DNA of 64,000 nt. Origin: Octopus vulgaris. Lineage: Eukaryota. Under the pieces are notes generated by a model. It was given only the letters and a program-made list of their open reading frames with translations, did not search any database and was not told where the DNA came from. Below, piece after piece: positions 11,658 to 25,339 of the stretch (position 1 is its first letter; the number at the start of each line of letters is the position of its first letter). The position numbers and the translations under genes were made by a program. The DNA is taken from assembly GCA_951406725.2 (NCBI GenBank), contig OX597821.1:84072001-84136000 (forward strand), written 5' to 3'.

Positions 11658-12949
11658 TACCCAGTCAACCAGACGTTGTAAGCCATTAGACCACCATCGC
11701 CGTCATCTACCTTTACCATGTACAACACCCAACGATGAATCCCTCTATGTGATCTGTCGGGCTGTTAGAAACAGTTGCCAAGATGCTCTCAAATTACGCT
11801 GAAGCATCGTAATTATTATCATTACGGCCGGATTTCAACATCGTAAAAAGGGAGAGTATACTTTGACCGATGTAATCTTTGATATAGGAAATGATGGGAA
11901 GGTCACAGCTGGAATGTCTTTGGTCATAGGTCTCCACTGTCAGAGTAGACTTGGGTCTGAAACAACAAATAAAACAACAAGAACAGAATCAACAGCGGCA
12001 ACAATCCCAGAAGAAACAATACTACGAATCAACGAGAGGGTACTTTACGTAACAGCTCGACATGCTAGAAAAAGCAGCCAATGCCCTTTAAAAAAATGAA
12101 GAGTGATTCATGGGTTTGTAGTAAGAAGTCTGGTTTTGAGCTCGGTCACACTGCGTGGAAACTTGAGCAAAATGTCATCTATTAAAAGTCTGTGTTGACC
12201 AACGGCTTGTGAATAAATTTAATAGGCAGAAACTGAAAGAAGATCGTCGTGTGTGTGTGTGTGTGGGGGGGGTGTATGTGTGTGTGTGGGGGGGTCTGTG
12301 TGTGTGTGTGTGTGTGCGTGCGTATGTATATGTGTAGAAAGATAGATGGATAGACATACACACACACATACATACATATAATATATATGTGTGTTTGTAT
12401 GTGTCTATCTATCTTTCTACATATATACATATACAAACATGTATACATATGCATATATGTGTGTACGTATTTCTTTTATGCGTTTCAGCCATGACATTGA
12501 GATCAAGCTGGATTATGCGCACACACACACGAACACACACACACACACGCACATAAATCATGCATACATTCACACACACACATGTTCGACTAAAACCTTC
12601 ACGGTGGTACTCCAGTATGGCCGCAGCCCAGTGACTGAAAGAAGTAAAAGATAAACCATACAAAGGAAACCAACAAAAAAAAACAGATATAAAAAATTTT
12701 TTGAACACCATAAAAAACATATAACAAACACATACCAAAAAGAAAATAACTACGATACCTTGATGTTCATGGAACAAGAGACCAGGGGGCGGGATTTCAC
12801 ACTCGCAAATACACCATATCCTCAAAAAAATTACTGAAATATTTTTGGCCCACCAAAATAAAATTTACATTTGAAGAAATCTTTTCTCAGTCCACTGATT
12901 TCTGAGAACTATGGCAATAAAATAAACTACCGTAATTTCATTCAAAATG

Positions 12950-13360
12950 GAGATTTGTCCATACCCTTTTCAACCTTTGCAGCCCACATTCCTATAAGAA
13001 ACACTAAGCTAAAGCACTAGCAATGGCATTAAACATAGATGATAAGCTTGAACAAATAGTGTTTGGCACATACTGAATAACACTTAAGGACCACAAGCAA
13101 AATTTTCATCATAACTGCACCTGTAGACAACTGAACCCCACTTAGAGAGAAATCGACGGAATAATTAAGACAATTTCAGATAAAAATCACCATAAGTGTC
13201 GAAAAATCAAGAAACATCTCTCAATAAAATAACACCTAATCCGTGGTTAACTAGTTCAACAATGTAGATAACAAACACTTACAGAAATTTGACATCGTCG
13301 AATTCTACCCCTCAATAACTAAACACTTACCTTTAAAAACACTCAAAATTTGTCCGAAGC
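12950..13360 (+). pseudogene. Decayed Penelope-like reverse transcriptase fragment
   Basis: Translates to ITLKDHKQNF..CRQLNP (from 13077) and FDIVEFYPSITKHL (from 13288), which are Penelope-type RT motifs; stops and frameshifts present. Confidence 0.75.
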
Positions 13361-13660
13361 TACGTGACAGTGCATGCTAAACGATCGTTGCTTCCTACAC
13401 ACACACAGACACACAGACACACACATGGCGGGGGAGAGGGAGGGAAGGAGGAAAGGAGAGAGAGAGAGTAGCAACCACTTATCTTGATCGCTTTGGGAGA
13501 GTGTAGGTAACAATAATTCTCTGATAATATCAAGCAAAGGAAATGACGATAGTGTGGTATGTTTGAAGACCACTAAATTTGATAACAGTAACCGTATGGT
13601 ACCATATTCTACATTATAAGTGGTTTTCACTGTATAGATATATGTGTTTATGAATATAAA

Positions 13661-14048
13661 GGCGCAGGGGTGGCTGTGTGGTAAGTAGCTTGCTTACCAA
13701 CTATATGGATCCGGGTTCAGTCACACTGCGTGGCAACTTGGGCAAGTGTCTTCTACTATAGCCTCGGGCCGACCAAAGCCTTGTGAGTGGATTTGGTTGA
13801 CGGAAACTGAAAGAAGCCCGTCGTACATATTATATACACATATTGTTTTCAAATTTTGGCACAAGGCCAGCAAGTAAGGGAAAGGGGAGAAATTTATTAC
13901 ATCGACCGATTTACTCAACTAGTACTTATTTTATCGATCCCGAAGGATGAAAGGCAAAGTCGACATCGGCAGAATTTGAACTCAGAACGTGAGGACATAC
14001 GAAATACCGCTTAGCATATTGCCCGGCGTGCTAACGATTCTGCCGCCT
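13661..14048. mobile_element. 5' half of CORE SINE (+) followed by central-domain SINE (-)
   Basis: Match to both family consensus sequences. Confidence 0.8.
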
Positions 14049-14073
14049 AATAAAATATAATGTAATATAATAT

Positions 14074-14128
<55 letters not shown>

Positions 14129-14984
14129 CATTATAGCCCTAGATACACTATGCCTGAGAAATAGGCGGTATAGCCTCAACTGGAATGTCATTTTATCGTT
14201 GTTGTGCTGAATCAGGTTGACTTGCGCTAAACAACAACATCAACGACAATAATGGCTTCCTTGAGCCTATTTTTTTTCGGAGTCTTTCTATATAAACATA
14301 TGACGGAGCAGACGACCAGCGGTGACATAGAGATATAAAGTATTCTTCATGCCATAAATATGATTTTACTGCAGAATACTTGTAGTTTTGTTTGTTTGTT
14401 GATTTGTTCTTATTTGTTTTGATTTGTTCTGACGAGAGTGCACTAAGTGTGAAGTTATCGAACCTCAAGCTGAGAAATGGCGGCGGTGGAGATAACACTC
14501 AAGATATGACTTTATGGTGTAAGAATGGGGTTTAGATAGACTCATGCTGTGACCCAGTGAGGGATTATGATTACCGTTTACATTACAACCAAACATTTCT
14601 TTTCTACATTTCAGATTTGTTTCGTTGATTTAGGATGGAAAATTTTAAATTTGAAGATTAGGTAAAACTAAGCTGTTTCTCTCTCTCTCTCCCTCTCTCT
14701 CACACTCACTCACTTCGTTTCTCTTTTGGCCCCCGGACTCATAATGGTTTCCATAGCGTATAAAAGATAAGTCGCACCGGTCCCACTGAACAGGACGCCG
14801 CTCAGTTTCCGAGTTAAAGGCTAGCGATATTATCGACCCGAAAGGATAAAAGGCAAAGTTGACCCAATCAGAATTTGAACTCAGAATGTAAACAGCTATA
14901 AGAAATGCCGTTGAGCATTTTCGTCCGACGTACTTAACGATTCTACCGACTCACTACCTTAGATCTAAAGTTAAAACACCACCC

Positions 14985-15290
14985 AGTTAACACACAAACA
15001 GCCAGATATTGTTGTGTGGACGACAGGAAAAAGATATGCTGTTGTTGGAATCAGTTACCCTCTAGACGCTAATATCGTTATGAAAATACAGGAAAAAGAG
15101 AACATCTATGGACATTCGATAAAGGTTTTGCAAATTCAGTTTCATACCTATTATTATTGGAGCAACAGGATATGTACGAACCCGTCTGGAACAAAGTATG
15201 GGTGAACTTCGATTCTTGGGGAGATATTGCGATTCCTTGGTTGCATTCACTCCAAACTCCTTGATTGTATACTCGACAAATGATCACGAT
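14985..15290 (+). mobile_element. Decayed restriction-like-endonuclease (R4/Dong-like) non-LTR fragment
   Basis: QPDIVVW...ISYPLDANIVMKIQEKENIY resembles the PD-(D/E)xK region. Confidence 0.55.
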
Positions 15291-15309
15291 ATCTCAGACT
15301 ATAAAAATG

Positions 15310-15520
15310 CGACGAACTGGCAGAATAGTTAGCGCGTCGGACGAATGCTTAACGGTATTTCGCCTGTCGTTATGTTCTGAGTTCAAATTTCGCCCTGGTC
15401 AACTTTGCCTTTCATCCTTTCAGGGTCGATAAATTAAGTACCGGTGAAATACTGGGGTCGATGTAGTTGGCTAGTCCCTTCCCCCAAAATTTCAGGCCTT
15501 GTGTCCATAGTAGAAAGGAT
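15310..15520 (+). mobile_element. Central-domain tRNA-derived SINE
   Basis: Matches the family consensus. Confidence 0.85.
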
Positions 15521-16362
15521 GTCTGAAACTCTAAAAATCAGCAAGCCCTTAAGATTTAATGGAATTTGAACAAAACAGGATGCAGATGGTCAGTCAAAAT
15601 TAACTCTGAATTGAAAATAGAAAGCGAACATCCATCCATGCCCCCCCCCCACACACACACACACATACATACATACATACGGAAGAAACAACAGCATATA
15701 AATAGACTGGCAATAAGACGAGCTGGATTAAAGGGTTCTTTGGCTATCTGTCAGAATCCCCAGTTTCTTATCACGCCTCTTTCTATGTGGAGCCTTTACC
15801 AAAAACCTTGGTAATAGATTACGCGAGTGCTACTGAAGGCCAAAGAAGTTCGTACGGAGCAAATTCGCAAAAATAGATAATGCCAATTTGTTTTGGTCTC
15901 TGTTTTATGATTATTGGCACTACAATACATGAACAATACTTGAAGAAAACATGAACTTGACGGAAAGGGTTTAGGTAATGTGCAAAAAATAATAGTTGTT
16001 CTGGTATCGATAACCGATTCTATCAGCAAGCAATAATTACTGAAATGAGGGCTCGAAACAAGAAATTCTTACATTGCTGTATTCATAACGTTTTGTTTTT
16101 TTCTGCTAAGAAAGACAAAAATTCTTACTTTAATAGAATAATCAAAGAAATAACTCAAGATGTAATTCAGGATCTTTTGCATTTACAATGAGCAGAACAA
16201 AAGATACTTCGAAAATTGAACGGCTCTAGCTTGTTCTGCGTTAAGTTTCCGATCATGTCAGCTGTTAAAAATTTACTCGATATCTTCCTAACTTGACGCT
16301 AAAACGCTTCTGAATTTCAACTTGATATTCAGATATGTATCACTCTATACTACGGTAGTACA

Positions 16363-16546
16363 CTTTTACTTGTTTCAGTCATTTGACTGCAGCTTCTTTC
16401 AGTTTCTGTCTACCAAATCCACTCATAAGGCTTTGGTCGGCCTGAGGCTATAGTAGAAGACACTTGCCCAAGATGCCACGCAGTGGGACTGAACACGGAA
16501 CCATGTGGTTGGTAAACAAGCTACTTACCACACAGCCACTCCTGCG
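16363..16546 (-). mobile_element. Internally deleted CORE-type SINE
   Basis: Head and tail fused without the middle. Confidence 0.85.
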
Positions 16547-16873
16547 AACTTTTGTTTCATTTAGTGTCTATGTCTGCAGCCACGTTGGTCTGCTCAATTT
16601 GGGAGCGGTTGACTGAGTAAAAACTATAAAGGCTGCGGGAGAAGTTTTCGCATGCTGCAGCAACCCTACCTCTTTAAAGCTAGGTCCACCGTGCACCAGT
16701 ACTTCAAGAAGAAAAAGAAGGTAGACAATCAGTAGAGTTGAAAGCTTGACTAACACATGCTGAATCAGTCAGCACACATCGTGTTGTGCTGTATATTGCA
16801 TGCTTCCTTTATTTTGGACAGAAAATAATCGGACAGATAATGTCACTTTTTCTCCACCTCTTCCACCGATTGT

Positions 16874-17112
16874 GGAGACGCATGGCTTAGTGGTTAGGGT
16901 GTTGGACTCATGATCGTAAGATTGTGGTTTCAATTCGTGAACAGGGCGACGCGTTGTGTTCTTGAGCAAAACACTTCATTTCACATTGCTCCAGTTCACT
17001 CAGCTGGCAAAAATGAGTAATCCTACGATGGGCCAGCATCCCGTCCAGGTGGGGAATATCTAAGCCATGAAACCAGGGAAACCGGCCCTTAGGAGTCGGT
17101 ATGCCTCGAGAA
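16874..17112 (+). mobile_element. tRNA-derived SINE with V-like domain
   Basis: Homologous to 5620-5863. Confidence 0.85.
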
Positions 17113-18637
17113 GCTAAATTTACCGTCCACCGACAGCAAATTACTATCCACCTGCATCGGGGACCCTGATGTCGAACGAAATAAGCTGGATGGTGAAGGT
17201 GAATTACGTAGGATCAAAAACATTGAACTTATTAAGGACAACCAGTTGGTTTGGAGGAAATCAAAACAGTGAGGCATATCGCCACAGCAGTTAGAGGAAT
17301 CGGTCAATGAGGTTGTTGAAATCCAAATCCTCCGAGAAGGCCGATAATTGGTTAAGCTCATTTTATATAATTTCTTTCTTACATCATTCCTATTGTGGGT
17401 AGAATTTGCTCAGATTTCTAACGTAGATTTTCAACAGAAACTGTAATATCGTGAAGATCCTTTCTAATCTCAATCCCGAAAGAGCTTTTCCAAGCTTATT
17501 CACTGGAGAGATCATTTTTTGAGATAAGGTGACTCAGATTCATGGTGGAGGCATATCAATTGAAACTTTGATGATTTGAAAGCTGTACACAGCGTCTCTT
17601 TGAACGGAAGCCATGCATTTTGAATTCACTAACTGAATTATTTGAGTATTTTTGTCATCCTTGTATAGACGTCCTTTTTATATTTGTTTAAGCAGTACCA
17701 ATTTGCTGAGACAGCTTTGGGCCAAGCCCCCAACAACTTCTTCAAGTTCACTAAAAGAGGAAGGTGAAGTGGGGTTTGAGATGCTATACTCCAATGTATT
17801 TAGAGGTGATATCAATTCCAACTTAAACGTGGATGTTCTGTTAGATCAAACTATACTAATATAGTTACCAACTTTGTTTTAATAGAGCATGTACGTTTAA
17901 GTGGGGATAAGTATTACCTTTCGATAACAATACTGCCTCTGTCGCTAATATATATATGTTTTAATAATTGTATTTTACTGAAACGAGGACGGCAACGGCA
18001 ACTGAGACTCCAATGGATGATCCTACTCTTAGTATAAACCTGCAAACTAGCAAGCATAGTCAGGAGAGGGTATTTGCTCTTTGTTGTCAGGATAATCCCA
18101 GGAGGAAGACAACAACATGTGACCAGTCATTGGTTGGTCCAAGGTAGCTGTCCTCATGCTGAAATAATTTATTTCAGGCTTTTGTGCATGTATGTACACA
18201 CACACACACACACACACACACATCTGTTTTCTTTACTCTGTTTAATCATTGGACAGTGGTCATGCTGGGACGTCGTCTTATAAAGTTCCGTTGAAAAAAT
18301 CGACCCCAGGACTTAATTAGATAACTAACCAATTTAATAACAATGGAGAAGTGAAATTGAGTCAGTGCGTATGTTTAATGTAATTGGTGTAACGGGATTC
18401 CTAAGATAAAACAAGATTTGCTTCAACGCACGGATTCACATCGAGAATCTTGCAAGCCAAATACAAATACGAAATACATTTACACGTACGTACATAGATA
18501 CATACGTACATACATACATACATACATACATACATACATACATACATACATACATACATACATACATACATACATACATACGTACATACATACATCATAC
18601 ATACATACATACGTACATACGTACATACATACATACA

Positions 18638-18932
18638 CAGGGAGGGAAGTGCGCCTCCCAGCAATTTTGTTACAAGGTGGGTGAATATAGCACGAATGGC
18701 CCGAGTGAACTAGATGCGCATCTAGATCGAGTGTAGATGAAGTGGAGAGGGCACTTACCCAAGAGATCAGGGTGATCGTGGTTTTTGTGGGGTTTCCACG
18801 AGCAGCCCTTGGGACCTCTTTTGGTGATTAATTTGTTATAATTTTAATACTTATTACCTTTTTACACGATTAAATCCAATCTGTTTGTGTTGTATCATCC
18901 TGTGTTGTCCCCCAGTGATGAATAAAGTGAAG
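18638..18932 (+). mobile_element. Possible LINE 3' end (Tx1/L1-like)
   Basis: Short C-terminal peptide FVTRWVNIARMARVN*, then a UTR, AATAAA and (ATT)n. The UTR resembles 61950-62170 on the minus strand. Confidence 0.4.
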
Positions 18933-19026
<94 letters not shown>

Positions 19027-19085
19027 ATTATTATTGATTATTATTATTATTAATTATTATGATTATTATTATTATTATTATTATT

Positions 19086-19641
19086 GAGTGAGAGAGCAGT
19101 GCATGCCATCAAAGTGACACTAGGGTAAAATATACGAAGTCCAGTATACCCATCATGACTATCCGTCTGACAAGGGTACACTAGGCACATGCATCAAACC
19201 ATATGTGCTCGACATGGTGATTTCATATGAAGATAAACAGCACATGACCTTGCAGGTGGGGCCCAGTTAGAATTTTCTTCTGGTCAAGTAGCCCATCCCG
19301 CTCAAAAGGACCCTGAATAAGAGTTGTTTAAGGATGTTGAACGAAACACCCATGTTTCCAAGGGTGAATTATCCAAACCTCTAAGAATCCCTCTCAACAC
19401 ATGGCTATGATGTTCCCCCACTACTTCTACTAGTGATCAGAGATGCACATATCGTCAGCCACTAAGGGACATGCTCAACTGGTTAAGGTCAAACAACTGA
19501 CAAGCAAAACTGTGGTATTGAGCAGAATATTTGCTGTAGCCCATCTTTTATACCAAGACAAAACAATGTACATGATAACACTTCCAATCAGTTAAGATCA
19601 GAAGCCTTGAGAGCCACTGCCTGGTACTGCATCAGGGCATT
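19086..19641. mobile_element. Unclassified ~555-bp complex segment embedded in (ATT)n
   Basis: Sharp boundaries with (ATT)n on both sides; no ORF and no TIR. Confidence 0.55.
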
Positions 19642-20075
19642 TTATTATTATTATCATCATCATCATCATCATCATCATTAATATCATCATCATCATCATC
19701 ATCATTATTATGATTATGATTATTATTATTATGATTATGATTATGATTATTATCATCATCATCATCATTATTATTATTATTGTTATTGTTATTATTATTA
19801 TTATTATGATTATTATTATCATCATCATCATCATTATTATTATTGCTATTATTATGATTATTATTATGATTATTATTATTATTATGATTGTTGTTATTAT
19901 TATTATTATTATTATTATGATTATTATTATTATTATTGTTATCATTATTATTATCATTATTATTATTATTTTCATTATTATTATTATCATCATTTTTCTT
20001 GTTGTTGTCATTATTATTATTATTATCATTATTATCATTATCATCATCATCATTATTATTATTATTATTGTTGTT
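19642..20075. repeat. (ATT/ATC/ATG)n repeat
   Basis: Direct observation. Confidence 0.95.
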
Positions 20076-20406
20076 ATCGTTGTTGTGTATCAAAGGACAG
20101 CTGCAATAAGTGTATGAATCATACAGGAGAATGTGTTGGATAAAATCATAGTTAAGTGATCCTCCAGTATTTCCATTTACCCAAAGTCAGGAACTTTTCA
20201 ACAACCATCTCCTACACACACATACACACACACATCCTGGATGTGTGTGTGAGTGTGTGTATGTGTGTGTATGTGTATGAGTGTGTGTGTGTGTGTGTGT
20301 GTGCTTCTCTGTGTGTTTGTCCGTGTGGGTGCATGTTTGTGTGCATATGTGTGTTCGTATGTGTGAGTGATGTCTGCGTGCATGCATGCGTGTATGCATG
20401 AATGCT

Positions 20407-20443
<37 letters not shown>

Positions 20444-20977
20444 ACGTGTGCGCGCGCGCGTGTGTGCATGTGTGTGCGAGTGCATGTGCATATGTATGTG
20501 TGTGTTCATGCATTCTATATGTGTATGTGCCTTCACTGTGCGTGAGTGTAAGTGTGTGTATGTGCATGTGTGTGCGTATGCATGTGTGTGTGTGTGTACG
20601 TGTCTGTGTGCATGTATATAAATATGTGGACGTATGCATATCTCTCGCCCAAGAAATTCACATGACGGCTGAGATCACCGGAGTCTTTTACAAGTTTTTT
20701 TATATTTTGAGCACGGGAAATTCACATGTAGAATTTCTGGAACGTTCTGCAAATTTTAACTGTACAACTGATTGATTCTATATGGAGAACGTGGACAAGT
20801 TTCGTTTCTTAGAGTTTCATGTATGTATGAATGTATGTATGTATGTACGTACGTATGTTTATGTGTATACGAACGTATGTATGTATGCGCATATGTATGT
20901 ATGTATGCATGTACAAAGTATGTATGTATACCTTAAATGTGAAATGGCAGCAACATATGACAAAAGAATGCTTTTAT

Positions 20978-21170
20978 AGAGACGTGCAGAAAGTTAGCGA
21001 GAAGATCAAGCAAAGATGGCTGCGACTATCTGGTCACTGTATGTACCGCCCTGAACAGGAGGCATCTGAATCAGTCTAGTGGAACCCACTTCGTGGGAAA
21101 CCGTCGTCACACTTACATGGACAACTTTATTGCAGACACTGGCCTGCAATGTATCCATGACATCGAGGCA
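20978..21170 (+). mobile_element. RTE-clade LINE 3' fragment
   Basis: KVSEKIKQRWLRLSGHCMYRPEQEASESV*WNP matches RTE C-terminal motifs. Confidence 0.65.
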
Positions 21171-21941
21171 GTGAGAATAGACTTTGCTACCGTAGCCTTG
21201 GTTGGAATCTAACCATAATAATAATAATAATCATAATAATAATAATAATAATGTGTGTGTGTGTGTGTGTGTGTATTTTACAGCGAGCTCCGTCAGCGCG
21301 AATGACACACAGGAAATACCTGCTCAACAGGCAGGAAGATCCTACAGAATGGGAAGGAGTGACAGTAGAGAGGGGGGCAGTGTAACTAGATCGTATCAAG
21401 ACCGCCACAAAACAATTTTGAGAGGACCAGTGCAACTGTGGTGGATGAGATACTTCAAAGAAAGGAAAGAGTCATCACGATGCACACATATGACCAAAGC
21501 CTAAACATTTACCCCAACAGCACCTGTCGTTGAAGGATCGGTTTAAATGACCACTTGAGGGCGTGTAGCTCTCATCATGGTAAGAACTGATACCATTATA
21601 TCAACATCTGTGTATGTATGTATGTATGTAGGTATGTATGTATGTATGTATGCATGCATGTATAAATGTATGTATGAATGTATGTATGTATGTACGTATG
21701 TATGCATGCATGTATGTGTGTGTGTATATGTATGTATGCATGTATGTATATATGAATGCATGTATACATGTATGATTGTATGTACGTGTAAATGTATGCA
21801 TGCATGTACGTATGCATGTATGTATGCATGTGCGCATGTATGTATGTGTGTATGTATGTATGCATGTATGTATATACGCATGTATGTATATACGCATGTA
21901 TATATGTAGATACGAATATATGTATGCATAGTTGCATGTAG

Positions 21942-22250
21942 GTGGAGGAGCAATGACCCAGTAGTTAGAGCAGCGGACTCGCGGTTGGAGGATCGCAGTT
22001 TCGATTCCCAGACCGGGCGTTGTGCGTGTTTATTGAGCGAAAACACCTAAAAGCTCCACGAGGGGGTGGGGTGGCGACCCCTGTTGTACTCTTTCGCCAC
22101 AACTTTCTCTCACTCTCTCTTCCTGTTTCTTGAGTAACGCTGCGATGGACTGGCGTCCCGTCCAGTTGGGGGAAACATATATGCCACAGAAACCGGGAAA
22201 CCGGACCCATGAGCATGGCTAGGCTTGAAAAGGGCGCATAAATAAATAAA
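21942..22250 (+). mobile_element. tRNA-derived SINE with V-like domain and TSD
   Basis: A/B boxes; 14-bp TSD ATAGTTGCATGYAG (21928-21941 and 22251-22264). Confidence 0.9.
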
Positions 22251-22550
22251 ATAGTTGCATGCAGATTTGTATATATGTATGTATATATGTATGTGTGAGT
22301 GTATGCATGAATGTATGTATATGTGTAAATGCATCTGTGTGAATATGTAAATATGTATGTACGTGTATACATGAATATATGTGTGTAGTCATGTGCTTAT
22401 GTAACACCATTTACTTTTTAAGATTTATTATTTTACAAGAAGACGATCACCAACAAATTGATAAGGCTTTTGTGTTTTTGTGTCGGGACAGTTCAATCTG
22501 TCAGCGTGACAGTTTGCGCATACATGTGTGCGTGTGTGTGTGTGTGTGTG

Positions 22551-22614
<64 letters not shown>

Positions 22615-22949
22615 GGACTATATACCACGTGATTGTGTACGTGCGAGTATAAGCACATATATCCGTGTGCATCGCAACACTACCCAAATTGCTATTCACT
22701 GATAGTATAAATATGAGCAAAAGTGGGCGTATGGAAGCTTATGATGACGCATGGCCAAGTGGCTACGGTGTTGCAGTCGCGATCATGCGATCATGATATC
22801 AATTATTAAACCGGGTGGTACGTTGTGTTCTTGCGCAAAACACTTTATTCCACGTTGTTCTGCGATATCACTTCGACACCTGACGCGTGGTACACACCGT
22901 GCACCTATTCAGGATTCGTCGATTCCATGGAGAGAGCCGAGTTAACGTA

Positions 22950-23516
22950 TTGGGCTGTCCGGAAAGTTCGTGCCGATTTACAGTAGCTTACCTTTCGACT
23001 TATTTTAGAACATGGTTGAGTCCATAAAATAGGATTTGACTACACCTCCATTTAGAGCACAGTTTACGCTATCTTTTCGTGGAAGAAGTTTATGTTCCTA
23101 TAACCTGTGTTAATTCTGTAACCCTTTTTTAAACGGAAGATAAGAAAGTTCATTTTCGGCACTTCATACTTTGGGAACCAGACAAAAACTGCTGCAGCTT
23201 GGCTGGGATGACTTACCCCACCCTCCATATTCACCAGATATTGCTCCTTCGGATTTCCACTTATTCAGGTCTCTGGAGAATAGTCTTCATAGTAAAAATT
23301 TCAATTCCTTGGATGACATAAAAAGATAGCTTGATGAATTCTTTGCCATGAAACCATCTCAATTCTGGGAAGAGGGTATTTTCAAGTTAAAGGAAAGATG
23401 GAGACGCATTGTGCATCAAAATGGTTCATATTTGGTTGATTAAAAATGTAATGGCAAGTATTCATTGACCTTTTTCTTTCCTTTAAAAATCGGCACGAAC
23501 TTTCCTGACAACCCAA
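22950..23516 (+). mobile_element. Mariner internal-deletion derivative
   Basis: TIRs TTGGGCTGTCCGGAAAGTTCGTGCCGATTT / AAATCGGCACGAACTTTCCTGACAACCCAA with TA TSD; encodes LPHPPYSPDIAPSDFHLF. Confidence 0.9.
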
Positions 23517-23909
23517 TACAACACACGCACTTGACCACTATAATTAAATCGTTTGTGCAGATCATCCGGCAAAAGCTGAACACTAACATAATGAACCCTC
23601 CCATCGTCTTCGATGGGAGGCTTCATTATGTAAGCTAATGCACAAGCGATGTCGGCGTGTTGCTTTTTCAAATAGGCACCGGCGCAAAAGCGTGTGAGAA
23701 CATGTGTGCATATGTACCTGACTGAGTAAATGCAAATATGTGTGCGTGTGTGCTTGGGTGTGTGCGTTCGTATATATATGTGAGTGAGTATCTATGTGAG
23801 CTACATGCATATGCATTTGTGTTTATACATAACTATGCATTTATTTATATAAATACACATACACACATGTACGTATGTGTGTACATGTGTGTATGTGTAA
23901 GTGTATGTA

Positions 23910-25196
23910 CGAGGGACGTTCAATAAGTAATGCCCCTGACCCACTTGCCGTAGTTTGATCTAGCTGACATTTTGCATGAGCAATTATTTATATCTCTATA
24001 GATTAAGTGGCAAATTACAGCTCTGAACTAATTGTGGTTTCTGATTTACAGGTGTTTGGACTGAGTCAAGTGTGAAATGGAGCCTGTTGAGTGTCGAGCA
24101 GTGATCCGGTTTTTGTATTTGAAAGGACGCACACCACGGGAGACTTTTGATGAAATGAAAGTAACTTATGGTGATGATGCCCCATCATATGACCTTGTAA
24201 AACGCTGGCATCGTGAATTCAAACATGGTCGGAACTCTGTGGAAACAGCTCCCAGATCTGGTCCCCCACTTCTGCCATTGATGAGGCATCTGTCCGTCAA
24301 GCTGAGGCTGTCATTTTGGAAGATCGGCGCATAACTATTCGCCAAATAGCCCATGAGGTCAAGATTAGTACCGGGTCTGTGGAAACTATCATTCATGACC
24401 ATTTGCATATGCAAAAGGTGTCTGCCAGATGGATTCCCAGGTTGCTCACACCTTTCCAGAAGCAAGAACGCGTCGAGTGCTCGAGGATGAATTTGGAGAT
24501 GTGCCAAGAAGATGAATCAAAATTTTTCAAAAGACTGATTCCACAGGATGAAACCTGGGTCCATCACTATGATCCAGAGACCAAAGACCAGTCAATGAAG
24601 TGGAAGCACCGTGACTCACCTCCTCCAAAGAAGGCAAGGGTGCAGCCCTCCGCTGGCAAGGTCATGCTCACAGTCTTCTGGAACCAGGACGGAGTAGTAA
24701 TGACAGATTTCCTGGCAAAGGGTACCACAATTACAGGAGCCTATCATGCTTCACTTTTGAGGAAATTAAGAGAAGCTATCAAAATCAAGAGGCGGGGCAA
24801 GATCAGCAAAGGCATCCTCCTCCTGCAGGACAACGCTCCGGTCCACAACTTGCGTGTCGCCAGATCAGAAGCACAGGTGTCCGGTTATGAACTCCTCCTC
24901 CAGCCCCCCTACTCTCCTTACACTCTCTGATTTTCACCTCTTCCCAGCCATGAAGTTGCTTTTGAAAGGAAAGCGTTTCCCAGATGATGCAGCCTTGATT
25001 TCTGAAGTCACGTCGTGGTTGGAGGACCAAGCTGGGGTCTTCTACAAAAACGGTCTCCAGAGCTGCATCAAACGATGGGAGAAATGCGTAACTCTGGGTG
25101 GTTCCTATGTAGAAAAAGACTAATAACTGTGCCAAGTTTCGTTGCTCTACTACTATGGGAAATGGGTCAGGGGCATTGCTTATCGAACGCCCCTCG
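23910..25196 (+). mobile_element. Full-length mariner (DD34D) transposon
   Basis: TIRs CGAGGGACGTTCAATAAGTAATGCCCCTGACCCA / TGGGTCAGGGGCATTGCTTATCGAACGCCCCTCG, TA TSD, 1287 bp. Confidence 0.95.
24077..25123 (+). pseudogene. Mariner transposase with two frameshifts
   Basis: WIPRLL, DETW, QDNAPVH, PPYSP and SDFHLF motifs split over three ORFs (shifts near 24262 and 24920). Confidence 0.93.
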
Positions 25197-25235
25197 TATA
25201 CATGCATATACGTGCGAGCACACACACATACACAC

Positions 25236-25339
<104 letters not shown>

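Noticed and set aside
21270-21504. Possible exon after a TTTTACAG acceptor
   Set aside because: No recognisable domain or donor site; it could equally be a decayed LINE C-terminus.
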